Assembly (NCBI GenBank): GCA_977017645.1
Contig: OZ360227.1
Coordinates: forward strand, 24,118,001 to 24,182,000
DNA length: 64,000 nucleotides
Source of the DNA: Torpedo marmorata
Taxonomy: Eukaryota
Direction: 5' to 3'
Below the pieces are notes generated by a model. The model was given only the letters and a program-made list of their open reading frames with translations, ran no database searches and had not been told where the DNA came from. Below are positions 49,100 through 61,689 of the stretch, one piece after another; position 1 is the stretch's first letter, and each line of letters starts with the position of its first letter. A program made the translations under genes and the position numbers.

Positions 49100-49500
49100 A
49101 GCCAGCACATCAAGGCAACTGTGAAGAAGGCACTCCAATATCTATGCTTTCTTTGAGAAGATTTGACATGTCGTCATGTCAAACTATTAGATGTACTGTG
49201 TAAATTATACAGACTGGTTGCATCACAGCCTGGTTTGGTAATTCAAGTGCCCAGGTTGCAAACACAGCCAGGTCCATCACAGGCTCCGACCTCCCAACCA
49301 TTGCAGACATCTAGGTGAGGCACTGTCTCAAGCAGGCAGCCAACACCCCACCCCCCACCACCCCCCCTCCCCCATCATCCTGGTCTAAACTTCTTCTCAC
49401 TGCTCCCTTCAGGCATAAGGTAGAGAGGCCTGAAGACCAGCACCTCTAGGTTCAAGAACAGTTTTTTTCCAACAGCTATTAGGCTCTTGAACCTCCCCTT
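49100..49500 (+). mobile_element. Rex1/Babar fragment
   Basis: LLPSGIR..LKTSTSRFKNSFFPTAIRLLN. Confidence 0.75.
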
Positions 49501-49550
49501 GTTACACTGATCAGGGTCTGCTCCGACACCACAAAAAAAAGACTGCATGA

Positions 49551-49807
49551 TTTTTAAAAAATTTAGACATACAGCACGGTAACAGGCCATTTCGGCTCAT
49601 GAGTCCGTGCCGCCCAATTTACACCCAATTAACCTACACCCCCGGTAAGTTTCGAATGGTGGGAGGAAACCAGAGCCCTTGGGGAAAACCCACGCAGACA
49701 CGGGGAGAACATACAAACTTCTTACTGTCAGCGCGGGATTCGAACCCCGGTCCGATCGCTGCCGCTGTAAAAGCGTTGCGCTAACCGCTACGCCGACCGT
49801 GCTGCCC
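49551..49807 (-). mobile_element. HE1-like V-SINE (CpG-rich, young)
   Basis: Complete head, V-domain and tail. Confidence 0.9.
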
Positions 49808-50132
49808 TAATTGTAATGCCACTTTTTTCTTGCACTCAGGTAATTGAAATATTTATTATCTCATGTATTTATTATCTCTTTAATTTCATGTATACAATGG
49901 TAATTTTCTTTTTACTAGTCCCTGTTCAGCTGCAGAAAGTAAGAATTTTGGTGCTTAGGTACAATGTGTATGACAATGAACATTATCATTATCTCAGAGC
50001 TCAAACCTCTCTCCTGCTTTTACTAATCTTTTATACGTACACTGAGGTTCTTCTAGTGTATCCACTCTTATGGTTATTGTCCTGTCTCCTCTATCAATTC
50101 AAACCCACTGAGTGATTGTATCCCAACTACAG

Positions 50133-50335
50133 ACGCTGAACTTTCAGGGACGGCTGAAGTTCCTGCATGGGCAGAACAAGAAAGCAGAGGACGGTACTCC
50201 CATCCCCCCGCAGCTGGCTCTCTTTGCCCTGGTAACTCCCCTCCAGCCTCCGTCCATCCTGGAGATCCGGACCAAGACCCACATCTTCCAGACCAAGCAC
50301 AAGTTGGACTTTACTCCACTCGCTTGTGACACCAA
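50133..50335 (+). CDS. AHR: AHR exon 7, end of PAS-A and start of PAS-B
   Basis: CTACAG / GTATGT, 203 bp; [17 protein letters not shown]...[18 protein letters not shown]. Confidence 0.97.
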
Positions 50336-50774
50336 GTATGTTCTGTGAGCTGGGCTTTGGGGCGCTCCAAGGCTGGTGCTGAGGTGAAGGTTTGGGGTTG
50401 GTCCAACCAGCGGGTAACTCTGACTGATTGTGGGGGGGGGAAGCCTGAACTCCTCACTGCCTGTGTGAGGCCGCAGGGGAGGCAACTGCCTCAACGGGAC
50501 GAGTGGTCAAACCTCCTCCATTGCGGTTCATGGGCTACGTCATTCGGCTGCTGTTGTCCTCCTTGTCCTCCGGAGATGTGGACATCTGAGCTGCTAACAG
50601 CACGGGCATACTGGCAACTCAGTGGCTCAGCTAATGAAGCACTGCCTCAGCTACAGAGACCCAGGTTCAATCTCGACTTCGGGCGCTGTCTGTATGGAGT
50701 TTGCACGTTCTCCCTGTGACCACGTGGGTTTCTCCTCAGGTGCTCTGGTTTCCTCCCACATCGCAAAGGCGTGC

Positions 50775-51393
50775 AGTAGGAGAGAAAGAGAACCAAAAGA
50801 GAGTCCCTTAAGAGTCACTGAGTATCCTTGGATTTGCCTCCAGCGCTCCCGCAGCCTCTGCAGCTGCACAGACTCCTGTTTGATCCATCGGCAACCCGAG
50901 CTCCAGGTCCAAACCTCTGACACAATCAGGAAGCCTTTAGCATCCGAGGCCCTTCTTGCCCTCAGCACCCTCTCGAATCCTTACTCCGACACCTGGTTCC
51001 CATGATCCAGTCTCCAGCAGTCCGCAGCCCTTGCGGGTCCCCCGACCACAAGTTGCCCGCAGCATGTGCGGGCCCCTCAGCAGCTGAGCCCTTTGTTGGT
51101 ATTCCCTCGATTCTCCTCAACGGGATGTGTTCTCCCCGTTTCTGGTGTCCTGCTCCAGTCCGTTGCTCCCCCCGGAGTCTGCAACCCTTCGTAGCCCTGC
51201 CGAGCACAGACGTTGCCATCTTGGGCACAGACCAATGATTGCAGGATTTTAGTTTAAAAATACCATCGGCTCCTCTAACAGGCCATTTAACGCCTGTATG
51301 AAGCCACCAGCATAAGGTTGAACCCTTTGGAGCAGCGCTGTGTCTCCACTCTCCACTCCCCTAGGTCCTCACCAGAGCAGCACTGCCATTTTG
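50775..51393 (-). mobile_element. ORF-less retroposon copy next to a truncated V-SINE (50620-50772)
   Basis: Homologous to 26075-26765; head CAAAATGGCAG. Confidence 0.75.
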
Positions 51394-51557
51394 TTTTTGG
51401 TCTTGCTGCTGTCCCACAGGGTATAGTTGAGGGATCTTCGGAGGTGAATGTGCGCAGAGCTGCTGATGGGATGGGGGAGTGCTATAATTTGTTCACTGAG
51501 TAACATAACATACTTACCCACATGCAATGATGGGTTGTTTTCATGTTGTCGTTACAG

Positions 51558-51667
51558 GGGGAAGTTTATACTGGGTTACACGGATACTGAGCTGTGCATG
51601 CGAGGCACTGGATATCAGTTCATTCATGCAGCAGATATGATGTACTGTGCTGACAATCATTTGAAGA
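51558..51667 (+). CDS. AHR: AHR exon 8, PAS-B ligand-binding domain
   Basis: TTACAG / GTGAGT, 110 bp; [36 protein letters not shown]. Confidence 0.97.
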
Positions 51668-52117
51668 GTGAGTACAACAAAATTACCGGCCCCTGGCACT
51701 GGGGAAGTGACTGGAGGTGGGGAGAGACACTGTGTCTGCAAAGTAGAATGGAAGGTACAACTGTGTTTGGCTCCACTGCAGCTGGTGATGAGAGGCGAGG
51801 GGATGAAGGGAGGTTTTGGAAAGCAATTAAAGGTCGGTTCTAAAATTAAAGACCACAGTCTGTATCCTCGAGCATATAATAAAGATAAAATAGGACAATT
51901 ATTATGTGCAATTGTGGTCATCAGGCTGCAGGAAGGATATTATTAAGCTAGAAAGGGTTCACAAGAATGTTACTGGGACTGGAGGGCTTGAGTTATAAGG
52001 AGAGACTGCACGGGCTGGGACCTTTGTACATGGAGCATAGGTGAGGGGACCTCATACAGGTTTATAAAATTGTGAGAGGCATAGATAAGGTAAATAGGCA
52101 TATATTTTTCACCAGGG

Positions 52118-55100
52118 TGTAGTGATAGAGTGCTAGAGATCCTCCCGACCACTAGAGGGAGACAGAGGCTAGTTTGTGGCAGCTTCGGTTGGATTCAAGA
52201 TGGATGCCTCCACACGGTCCTGAGTGAGTTCTTTAGCTAATAAAGTATAGTTGTTTTAAAAAAAAAACCAAGTTTCTTTATTACAATAAAAGAAAAATCA
52301 CATGGTACCAGGAGTGGAAGAAACACCAGGAGTGTGCACAGGAGTGGAAGAAACACCAGGAGTGTGCAGTGTGCTCAGGAGTGGAAGAAACACCAGGAGT
52401 GTGCAGAGTGAGTATCAGTCGTTATCAGCAGAGATATGGAGAGTGTAAAGGCTCCTGACATTGTAAATTGGACTATAAATGTCGACCACGAGGGGAGGTT
52501 GTTCAAACAAAGATTCATGCTGTACCTGCAAGCAACTGGAATCGATAGCATGGAAGATTGCACTGCTACTTACCGTGGCAGGACCTCAAGCACTAGAGGT
52601 TTTCAATACATTTGTTTTTGCTGAGGCAGAAGACCAGGGCAAGTTCGACAAGGTTATCAAGATGTTTGATGAACACTGTTCACCAAAGAAAAATGAAACG
52701 TTCGAGAGGTATGTGTTTCGCTCGCACACGCAGCTGCAGGGAGAGAGCTTTGATACTTTTTTAACGGACGAAATTAAAAGCAAGAACATGCAATTTTGGA
52801 TCGCTGCAAGATTCAATGATCCGTGATCAAATTGTGTTCGGGATTATTGATAAGAAAGTGAGAGAGAGGTTGCTGCGAGAGACAGAGCTAACCTTAGCTG
52901 GAGCTGTGAAGATATGCCAGTGAAAATGAAGGCATAGTCGTAGCCACAGTGTCGGGACACACACACAAACAAAAAATGAGATATAGGAAACAACAAAAAG
53001 ATGGAGAGACATTCAATTGCAAACAATGTGGCACTCAACATGCACGAACACGATGCCCAGCCTATGGAAAAGTCTGTAATAAGTGCAAAGGGCAGAATCA
53101 TTATGCAAAGCAATGTTTTATCAAAGGGAAACAAAACAGAAGTGAAACTGTACACACTATAGAAGAAACTGCTCTTAGTGATGCACTTTTTGTTGGCATG
53201 GTAGTGCAGGAAGATTATAAACCAACAGACACTGAACAGCCAAGCATGAACAGAGTCGAGCAGGATAACTGGACTGTGTCATTACATACAAATGGAACAA
53301 ATATTCCTTTCAAGCTGGACACAGGGGCAAAGGTCAATTTGATCTGTGAGCGCGACATCAGGGCAATGAAGATAAAGAAATACATCCATGCAAATCCTGT
53401 ACAGCTCAAAGCCTACAATGGACAGAGCATCAACATGAAAGGTACATGTAAAGTCAAGGTGAAAGTTAAAGATAAAGAGCACACCTCAGGTTCACAGTAG
53501 TCCCAGATGGACATGAATCACTGCTTGGTGACAAAGCATGTGAAAACTTAAGCCTAGTCCAGGGGGTGTACACACCAGGGAAACCTATTGTGTTAGCTGA
53601 TGCGTTATCCAGGGCAACGACGCAGAGTGAAGCACACAATGAGAGTTCCACAGAGACAGATGTGAATCTCCACGTGAACCTGATCACTGAATCACTTCCT
53701 GTATCTGACATGAAATCCAAGCAGATCGCAGCTGAAACAGAAAAGGACACAGTTCTACAGAAGGTCATCAAGAATCTGAATGAAGGATGGCCTGGAGGTG
53801 AATGTCAGCCATATTACAACATCAGAGCTGAGCTGAGTGTTGTCAATGGGCTTCTACTCAGACAGAGCAGAATTATTATTCCTCAATCACTGCGACAAGA
53901 GATGCTGAAAAGGGTGCATGAGGGGCACCTTGGAATGGAAAAATGCAAGAGGAGGGCCAGAACTGCTGTTTATTGGCCAGGGATAAATGCTGACATTGAC
54001 AGAATGGTTTCCAGCTATGAGACCTGTTTGAAACATCACGCAAAGCAGACAAAGGAACCCATGATAATAACTGACGTACCAGCAGAACCATGGCAGAAAG
54101 TTGGGACTGATCTGTTCCACATGGATGGAAAGAATTACTTGCTGGTTATTGACTATCTATCGAACTATCCGGAGATAGCGCTGCTTCCTAGCATGTCTGC
54201 TGCTTGTATGATCATATATATGAAATTGATCTTTGCAAGACATGGAATTCCTCAAATTGTCTACAGTGACAATGGACCATGCTACAGCTGTAGAGAATTC
54301 CAGAACTTTGCAGATGAGTATGATTTTCGACATGTGACTTCAAGTCCTCTGCATCCACAGACAAACGGTAAAGCAGAGAAAGGAGTTCACATAGTTAAAC
54401 AGTTGCTCAAGAAAGCACTAGACAGTGGCTCAGATTCGTATCTAGCTCTATTGACTTACCGAGCGTCACCACTTGAACATGGCAGGTCACCCGCTGAGCT
54501 CCTGATGGGATGTAGACTACGCACCATATTTCCCTACTCTGCAGACTCAAACAAGCACAGAGATGTCGAAGATGTCGAACAGAAACAAAAGCGTCTGCAA
54601 TGGAGACAAAAAGCAAACTATGACAAGTCAGCAAGAAGCTTAGGGCCACTGGCACAACATGACACAGTGAGACTCAGGGATTCCAACGCTTGGGACAAAA
54701 AGGCTACTGTTCTGGAGGAAGTAAATCCAAGGTCCTACACCGTCAGAACAGAGGATGGTCAAATACTGAGAAGGAATCAAAAGAGCCTGCTGAAAACGCA
54801 AGAGACACTGCAGGAGCAGACAAATACAGAAGATCCAGCCTGCACAGCAACAGAGGAAACATCACCAGTGCTAGACAGTAGTGGACCAGCAGAGCCGACA
54901 CAAGCACCTGTGTTAAGAAGATCCACACGTGTAATCAAAGCACCTGCAGACTGAATCTCTGAAAGAAAAAGAACTGCACACTTAAAAAGTTTGTGCTGCT
55001 GATGTTGTGTTTACGTTTGTGTTGACCTTTAAATTGAAATGAATACTGTATTAGTGTGTCATGTTGTTTGATTAAACCTCTCAAGGAAAGGGGATGTAGT

Positions 55101-55330
55101 GATAGAGTGCTAGACATCCTCCCGACCACTAGAGGGAGTCAGAGACTGTAGTGATAGAGTGCTAGTGATCCTCCTGGCCACTAGAGGGAGTCAGAGGCTA
55201 GTTTGTGGCGGCTTCGGTTGGATTCAAGATGGATGCCTCCACACGGTCCTGAGTGAGTTCTTTAGCTAATAATGTATAGTTGTTTTAAAAAATAAACAAG
55301 TTTCTTTATTACAATAAAAGAACCATCACA
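52118..55330 (+). mobile_element. Gypsy LTR retrotransposon lacking RT/RNase H, with an open integrase frame
   Basis: LTRs 52118-52302 and 55095-55330, TSD CAGGG, PBS TGGTACCAGGAGTGG (tRNA-Leu-TAA-like), PPT AAGGAAAGGGGA, gag knuckles, LDTGA protease, 462-codon ORF with GTDLF / SDNGP / GKAEKGV. Confidence 0.95.
55175..55190 (+). promoter_or_regulatory. CTCF-like motif in the Gypsy LTR (others at 52146-52161 and 55123-55138)
   Basis: TGGCCACTAGAGGGAG resembles the CTCF core CCASYAGRKGGCR. Confidence 0.55.
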
Positions 55331-57633
55331 CAGGGTAAGGGGATCTTAAACTGGAGGCCATAGATTATGGTGAGAAGAGAAAGATTTAAAAGGTACTTGA
55401 GGGTCCAGTATTCACACAGGCTGGTGGGTATATGAGTGAGCTGGTAGGGGTGGGTACAATTACATTGTTTAAAAGACATTTGAACAGGCTTATGGATAGG
55501 AATGGTTAAGAGAGATATGGACCAATCACAGACAAATGTGGCTAGCTTGGTTAGTGTTGATGCAGTGGGCTGAAGGGCCTGTTTCCATGTGGTGTAATCC
55601 TTTGACTCTCTGACAGTGCCCTTCAGAAACCTGAAAGAGGCACAGAACAATTAGTGGCCAGCACCGTACTTCTGAGGTTTACTGGAGCCACAGGAGAGAC
55701 TGCAGACGCTGCAATTTGGAGCAACACACAATCTGCTGGAGGAAAAGAATGGTCGGAGTTGCGGGCCAGAATTCTTCAACAAGGACTCAAAGTCGCGATG
55801 AAGGGATCTGACCTGGAATATCTCCCACTGAGGCGGCTCAACCCGCTGCATTCCTCCATCAGAATGGGTGTTACGTCTGAAGTTTACCTTGTGGTGACAT
55901 GACAACCACCTCATGCAGCAGGTTCCCATAATCAGCGATCGTCTGCTGATTGAATGACAGTTCTTGAACAGCCCATTGTGAAGGTTTCCTGCCCACTTGT
56001 GAAACACTGTTATGCTGTCTTCTATAACCGCCTGAGAAGAGATAGGGCTCTTGACCATGGCAGTGCTCTTTGACTATACCACTGGCTCGTAAGGACTGAT
56101 TGCTCTGGCCCTGGAGAGGGATGCTTCCGCTTGGGAGGCAATAAGACTGCTCGCTGGGGCAAGGCGGACGCAATGGATAAACTGATTTGGATGTTCAGAC
56201 CACGTTGCAGTGGGTGACAGACGTGATTCTTTCAGAGTTCCGCAAGAGGGAGAGGTCTACCAGATAAAAAAAAACAAACCTGTAGTTTAATCCCTACCGC
56301 CATTTCAACCGGCAATGGTCAGATTCCAGATGTTTTTGACAGAGGAGGTGGAAGGTACATCAGGCTTGCTGCTGTGTCCCCTCTCGGATCCAGTAGGGCT
56401 GTTCACCACAGGCCTTTCATCTTCTGTAAAATACAGAGGAAGTGGGAAAATGAGTGGGCACCGAACACAGTAACCTGAGAGTGTGAAGATTGCCAGCAGT
56501 GGGGTCTCTGTGAATAAAATAATGGTACAGGTCGTGGGATCCATGTAGAGGTAACAGGTACAGGTAGGCAGACCAGTGATGGGTCCCTGTGAAGGTAACA
56601 GGTACAGGTAGATGGATCAGTGGTTGGGTCATTGTGGTGGTGACAGTTGCAGCGAGACAGACCCATGGTGGGATCTCTGTGTACAAATCATTGACGGGGC
56701 TTATGCATACATAGCAAGAAAGAGGTACGGTATGTATGCAAGCTTGTGTTTAACCCTGTGTTAGATTATGCTGAAGAGTTGATAACTTTTTAGACATTAG
56801 GCAACGTGAGCTTCATTCAGAATGTGGTCAGAACATGCACAAGAGGCTGAATGACCTCCTGAATTATTTCTTATGTTAAGACAAGGGCATGGGTAATAGG
56901 ATGTATTTGGGAGGGTGTTAGATTACAGGGGCACGATGAGTACACACGTTGGAAATGCCTCCCGCTGCGGAGGTGGCGTGAGCTGTTACCTGATGATGGT
57001 GGGACGGGACCAACTGGAAGAAGCCAAGACCTAGGTGGAGCTGTCAATTAGAGTGATTGGCAGGGGCTGGCACGTCTCCCAAGATGCCCCAGTTCCGGAC
57101 CTTAATTTCGTGACTCTGCTGAGGGATGAAACCAGGGTCCTGCATTTTGAACCCTTGCCAACCTCACAGACCCTATTTGGTTCCACAATCCTCCACATTC
57201 AGTGACCCTCCCTTGCAGAGTGTTTGGAGAGGTTCCTGGGTGATCCAACAAGCAGTAGTGAGAGTTTTAAGAGAAAAATGATGGGTTATTTTCTTGCCAG
57301 CTGCTCACTGACCCAGCACAGAACCCGTCAAACACAACTCTCCCTGCCAGTCACTGGCCAAGCCTGATGTTTGGATTCTTATGTGGAAGCCTGGTAGTTC
57401 CTGAACCAGTTCTGTTGGAAAACCAAATGAAAACATTCAGCCATTGAGGATGGAACGATGTTTGAAAGCAGGATGGAATTTGGAAGTTTTGTCTTTGAGT
57501 GTTGAGGGACAGGTTTTGTGGACCTTTTTCTTGAGATTGATTGGGGAGAGTGAAGTGGGTTGCATCTAAGCTGTGTGGGATGAAGAGCCTCTTCTTACTG
57601 TGTCCTTTCTAATCCTGTAATGTTCTTTTTTAG

Positions 57634-57775
57634 TGATTAAAACTGGGGAGAGCGGGATGACGGTCTTCAGGCTGCTGACCAAAAGCAGCAGTTGGATTTG
57701 GGTCCAGTCCAATGCCAGGTTGGTCTACAGAGGTGGCCAGCCTGACACCATCATTTGCAAGCAGAGAGCCTTGAC
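57634..57775 (+). CDS. AHR: AHR exon 9, PAS-B/PAC
   Basis: TTTTTAG / GTAAGT, 142 bp; [48 protein letters not shown]. Not in the ORF track. Confidence 0.97.
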
Positions 57776-59229
57776 GTAAGTGCAGTATCCATCACAGCAT
57801 TTAGCTTTGATTTGCTGGCCTGTCCTGTTTTCAAGGGACTTGTGGCACAGGGCATGCACTCCATCGGTGTTTGCATTGGCTTGGCACAGCACAGTGTAGA
57901 CCATTCACCTCAACAAACCCGCTCCAATACATGTGCTGCCTCCTCCTCAGCAGTTAATTCACTTCTTCACCGAGGTCTCTCTTCCTCGGTGATTATTGTC
58001 ACTTGTACCAGAATAGTGAAAAACCTGCACGCTATCCAGGCAAGTCAACTCATACTTAAAGTACAACAGGTAGTCCAAAAGTGCATGGTATAATGTTAAA
58101 GGAAAAAGCACATTTAAACAGCGCACGGCATCATTTTTTCGAATGAAAGGTCCACTCAAGACTCTGATAACAATGGGAAGAAACTGTCGATACGCAGATG
58201 CTGGAATCTGGCAGTACGTCCTTTCAAATTCCTGTGACCGGGAACGCAGGTGTTAAAAGGAATCAGCCTTCCAGCAGTTTATGAAAGGGACCATTCCTGA
58301 GAAATATTTGGTTAAGCAAAATTTTGTAAATCAAAAGCAAATGAAATGCATTGTATTCTGATGCAATAAATTTTGATGCATGAAGAATGGGGTGTTCATT
58401 GTAGCAAAAGTTAGCTTTGCAAATCAAAGTCAGTCAAAGATGTTGTAGCAGGATTTTGTAAATTGAGGAATTATGTCCAAGGTGACTTTAACAATTCTTT
58501 TTGCTCTTTTGCTTTTATCCTTGCCAAATAAAACTTGAAAACCTTTGCATCCAAGTTCAGATCTGACCCAGAGCTTTGGTGTTGGGTTAGCTTTGATAAG
58601 TCCAGTGCTATGGAGGGGGATCTGAGGGTGCTGGCTCTGATGGATCAGAAGCAAGAGCAATGATCCTGGATGTTGGACTGGCAGCATTAAGGAATGCTGG
58701 AAACTGATTGGCTGCTTGCCTGCTCCAGATTATGACAGACTCTGCGTCCATGCTTCCAGCTTTCCTGAGAGACCTCTGCCTAAAGATCTGACTGAGAGGA
58801 GAATTAAACAGTCAAGCCAGATGCAGGAAGTTTACCTGTCCCCCTCACTGTCCAGCTGCAGAGATCATCGTCTAATATCCATGGGTCAGCTATTGAGGAC
58901 TGAGATAAGGAGCTGAAGTGAAGTCACGTTGGCTGGGGAAGGAGTAATGAACCCGGAGTCTGCATTGTGGTGGAATGGGTAGGTTTGTAAGCTGAGCGGG
59001 GTGGGGGGGGGGGTAGTGGGGTGGGGGGATATGACGGGATGGTCAGTTTCTGGTAGAATATCCAATCTTCCCTAGCACCAACCCACCACTGTCTTTATGA
59101 CAAGGGGAACTGTAAGTCCCGCAGCATTGATCCCACTGGGGAAAACCCCGATCTGAATCTTGGCACAGTAACCGTGCAAGGGGAGGGTCCGCACAGACTG
59201 AAATTAAGTTTCCTCTTCTTCATCTTCAG

Positions 59230-61069
59230 GAACGAAGAGGGTGAGGAACACTTCCGTAAGCGATCCATGGCGCTCCCCTTCAGTTTTGCCACAGGAGAGG
59301 CCGTTCTGTACGAGAGCAGTCTGTTGCACTTGGATCCATCCCTGGCAAAGGGGAAAAGCGTCAAGATTAAGCAGCTTTCTGCTGGGGTGAACAGTGTGGA
59401 GCAGAATAATGGGATCGATCCTGGTTCCCTTCTGGGTGCCCTGATGACTCAGAACATCTCTGCCTACGTCTCGCACCACGAGTCACCGTTTACCCTGGAC
59501 AGTGTCTACACAGATGACTTTGCCGTACTAAATGTACCTGGGGACTTCAGCCAGTTGGTCAGTAGCGGAAAGAACTCTTCCAAATCCCAGGAGGTGGTGC
59601 GAGGCCAGGATGATGCACTGGCGGCGATCATGGACATTCTGTCCAAACAGAATGCTGATGAGAATGACCTCTGCAACACTCTCCAAAACCTGGACGTGGA
59701 ACAGGCACAGTTGGAGCAATGGAAAGAGACTTTAATGAAAATGAACAGCAGCCCTCCTTTTTCGGATGATCTGAATGAGGTCTTCACCACTGATTTTATA
59801 CTGTCTTGTGTTGAGGACATGCTGTCAAAAGACAGCTCAAAAGGGAATGAATTCCTACAAGTAGGTCTGAACTGCACAGAAGGAAACTTAATCCAGCCAG
59901 CTCAACAAAACCTATTTGGATCCATGGAACAAAAGCCGTTTGGATTTAATAACCAGAACCAAACCAGGCCAAACTGTCGTAACTCGATGATGGCTGGCGC
60001 CCACAACCCAGTTATCCCCACCCTACAGAACACATTGACACCTCTCTGTCAAACCTCAATAATGTCTGATCCACAGAACCCACCCATGCCTGCCTTTCAA
60101 CCCCCAGCGCTGCCGAGCCCTCAGAAGGTACCGGTTTCTCAGCCGCACCTCACAACCTCGTTTGGATCTCCCAATGCATGTGTGACCCACCAGCAAAATA
60201 AAACCCAGAATCCATTGGGGCCTTTCCCACCGAACGTTCCGAGAACGGACTTGGGGAGTCCTCTGGTGCCTGACCCACTGGGCTCTGTTTCATATGGCGC
60301 TCAGCAGCCGTGCAGGGTTGGTGAGCAGAGGATGAGTTGTGGCGGGCGGACCCACCTTCTGCATGAGTGCGTGGGGAATGGGTCACCCGCGCAGATGCCG
60401 CAGAGGGATTGGCAGCCATCCTGGCAGCAGAGGCCTGACTCTTTGGGAGTGAACGGGCAGCAGGACATGCACTCCGTGAACGCTGCACAGCAGCGCGCTC
60501 CACAATGGCCGGCGACGCAGAGCGGGCAGCTGGCCTCCACGCAGCCCTACGCAGCCCGAGACGCCAGGCGGCAGCCGTTGCCACAATCTTCCTGCAGGTT
60601 GCCGCAGGAACCCGACGGCAAGGTTTCCGCCGCAGGTTACCCGGACCAGAGTCACACCGATCGACTTCACTACAGCTGCAACGGAGCTATCGACCAAAGT
60701 ACCTCAGTGAACCAGCTTCCAGCAGGAGCACCTCTCAGCTCCAGCAACAGCTGCATGTTTGCCTCGTGTCAGTACCAAAGTCATGCGTCTATTGGGAGGA
60801 ATGGGCTGACATTCCCAGGCAATGGCAGCACTGCCTCTGTACCTCCATATGGTAAAGTTAAGGTATCCCCAAATCACAGTCCCCTGCGGCTAACTTGTTG
60901 CTATGAGAATGAGGCGGCCAGTTCCACCATGGGGTCAGCCATGCCCAATGGGGAAGTGACTGCTTATCATCCTTCCTGTCAGTTTGAGCCAACCTTCGCT
61001 CATCTGCCGGAGAGTTCCATCTGTGAGATTCCACCAGGCCCAGTCACCTGGAATTACAGTCATTTCAAG
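59230..61069 (+). CDS. AHR: AHR exon 10, transactivation domain
   Basis: CTTCAG acceptor; NEEGEEHFRKRSMALPFSFATGEAVLYE, acidic segment (DLNEVFTTDFILSCVEDML), then Q/P/S-rich region; AAG|GTGAGG donor; lies within ORF 59174-61090. Confidence 0.93.
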
Positions 61070-61689
61070 GTGAGGATCAATTTATCATAAGCCCGTAGTT
61101 TCCATGAATTTAGATCAAAAGTTTATTTTTGGACTGCTGCAGGATTGTATACCACACACCACATACAGGATCGAAGGGTAACCTATCACCCATGTACGTG
61201 TCACAGGCTTCTGCCTTTTGAGCTGCTCTGCAGCTAGAGGCTGTGTTTTTTTTGTTGTTCTGAGTGACACTATAATGGACAGGGTTGTGCTCCTGTGCCG
61301 AGATCTGAGTATTAATTCAGGTCAGCAGTTGGCAGCTTGGGACAAGTGCACAGCATGTGCTTCTAAATGCAAGTTTTGTATCTCTTATTCGTGGCCGATT
61401 CAGTGGGCAATTCCAATACAGGGCTCACACGGTAACTTCTTGCGTTCAAATAATGTGACAATTTTGTTGGTGGTGGCGATAATTTGAAAGTGAGTAATGG
61501 CATAAGAGGTGGGATTACTGTAGGATGGGCGTAAATAGATGGTTGACGGATTCGCTGGGGGTGGTGCGCCTGCTTCCTGGCTGAACCTCCCTGCGAACGT
61601 GAAGAGTTTTGGGCCTGAGATCAAGTCTCTGAATAGTCGAAGTGTTCTCATCAGTGCAGCCCTTTCCCATAGAAAGTGTTTGTTTCCCT

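Larger units (their letters stand above)
51830..55610 (+). mobile_element. CR1 fragment split by a Gypsy insertion
   Basis: CR1 C-terminal coding and 3' UTR sequence at 51830-52117 continues at 55331-55610. Confidence 0.75.

Noticed and set aside
56460-56690. Imperfect GGTAACAGGTACAGGT repeats (also a ~40-bp duplication at 46025-46150)
   Set aside because: Short degenerate tandem duplications with no termini, ORF or structure to support a function
59174-59229. N-terminus of the 638-aa ORF as a single-exon gene
   Set aside because: Intronic pyrimidine tract before the exon 10 acceptor; the start is not ATG
59095-60855. Antisense and alternate-frame ORFs over exon 10
   Set aside because: Shadow ORFs of GC-rich coding sequence with no recognisable domains
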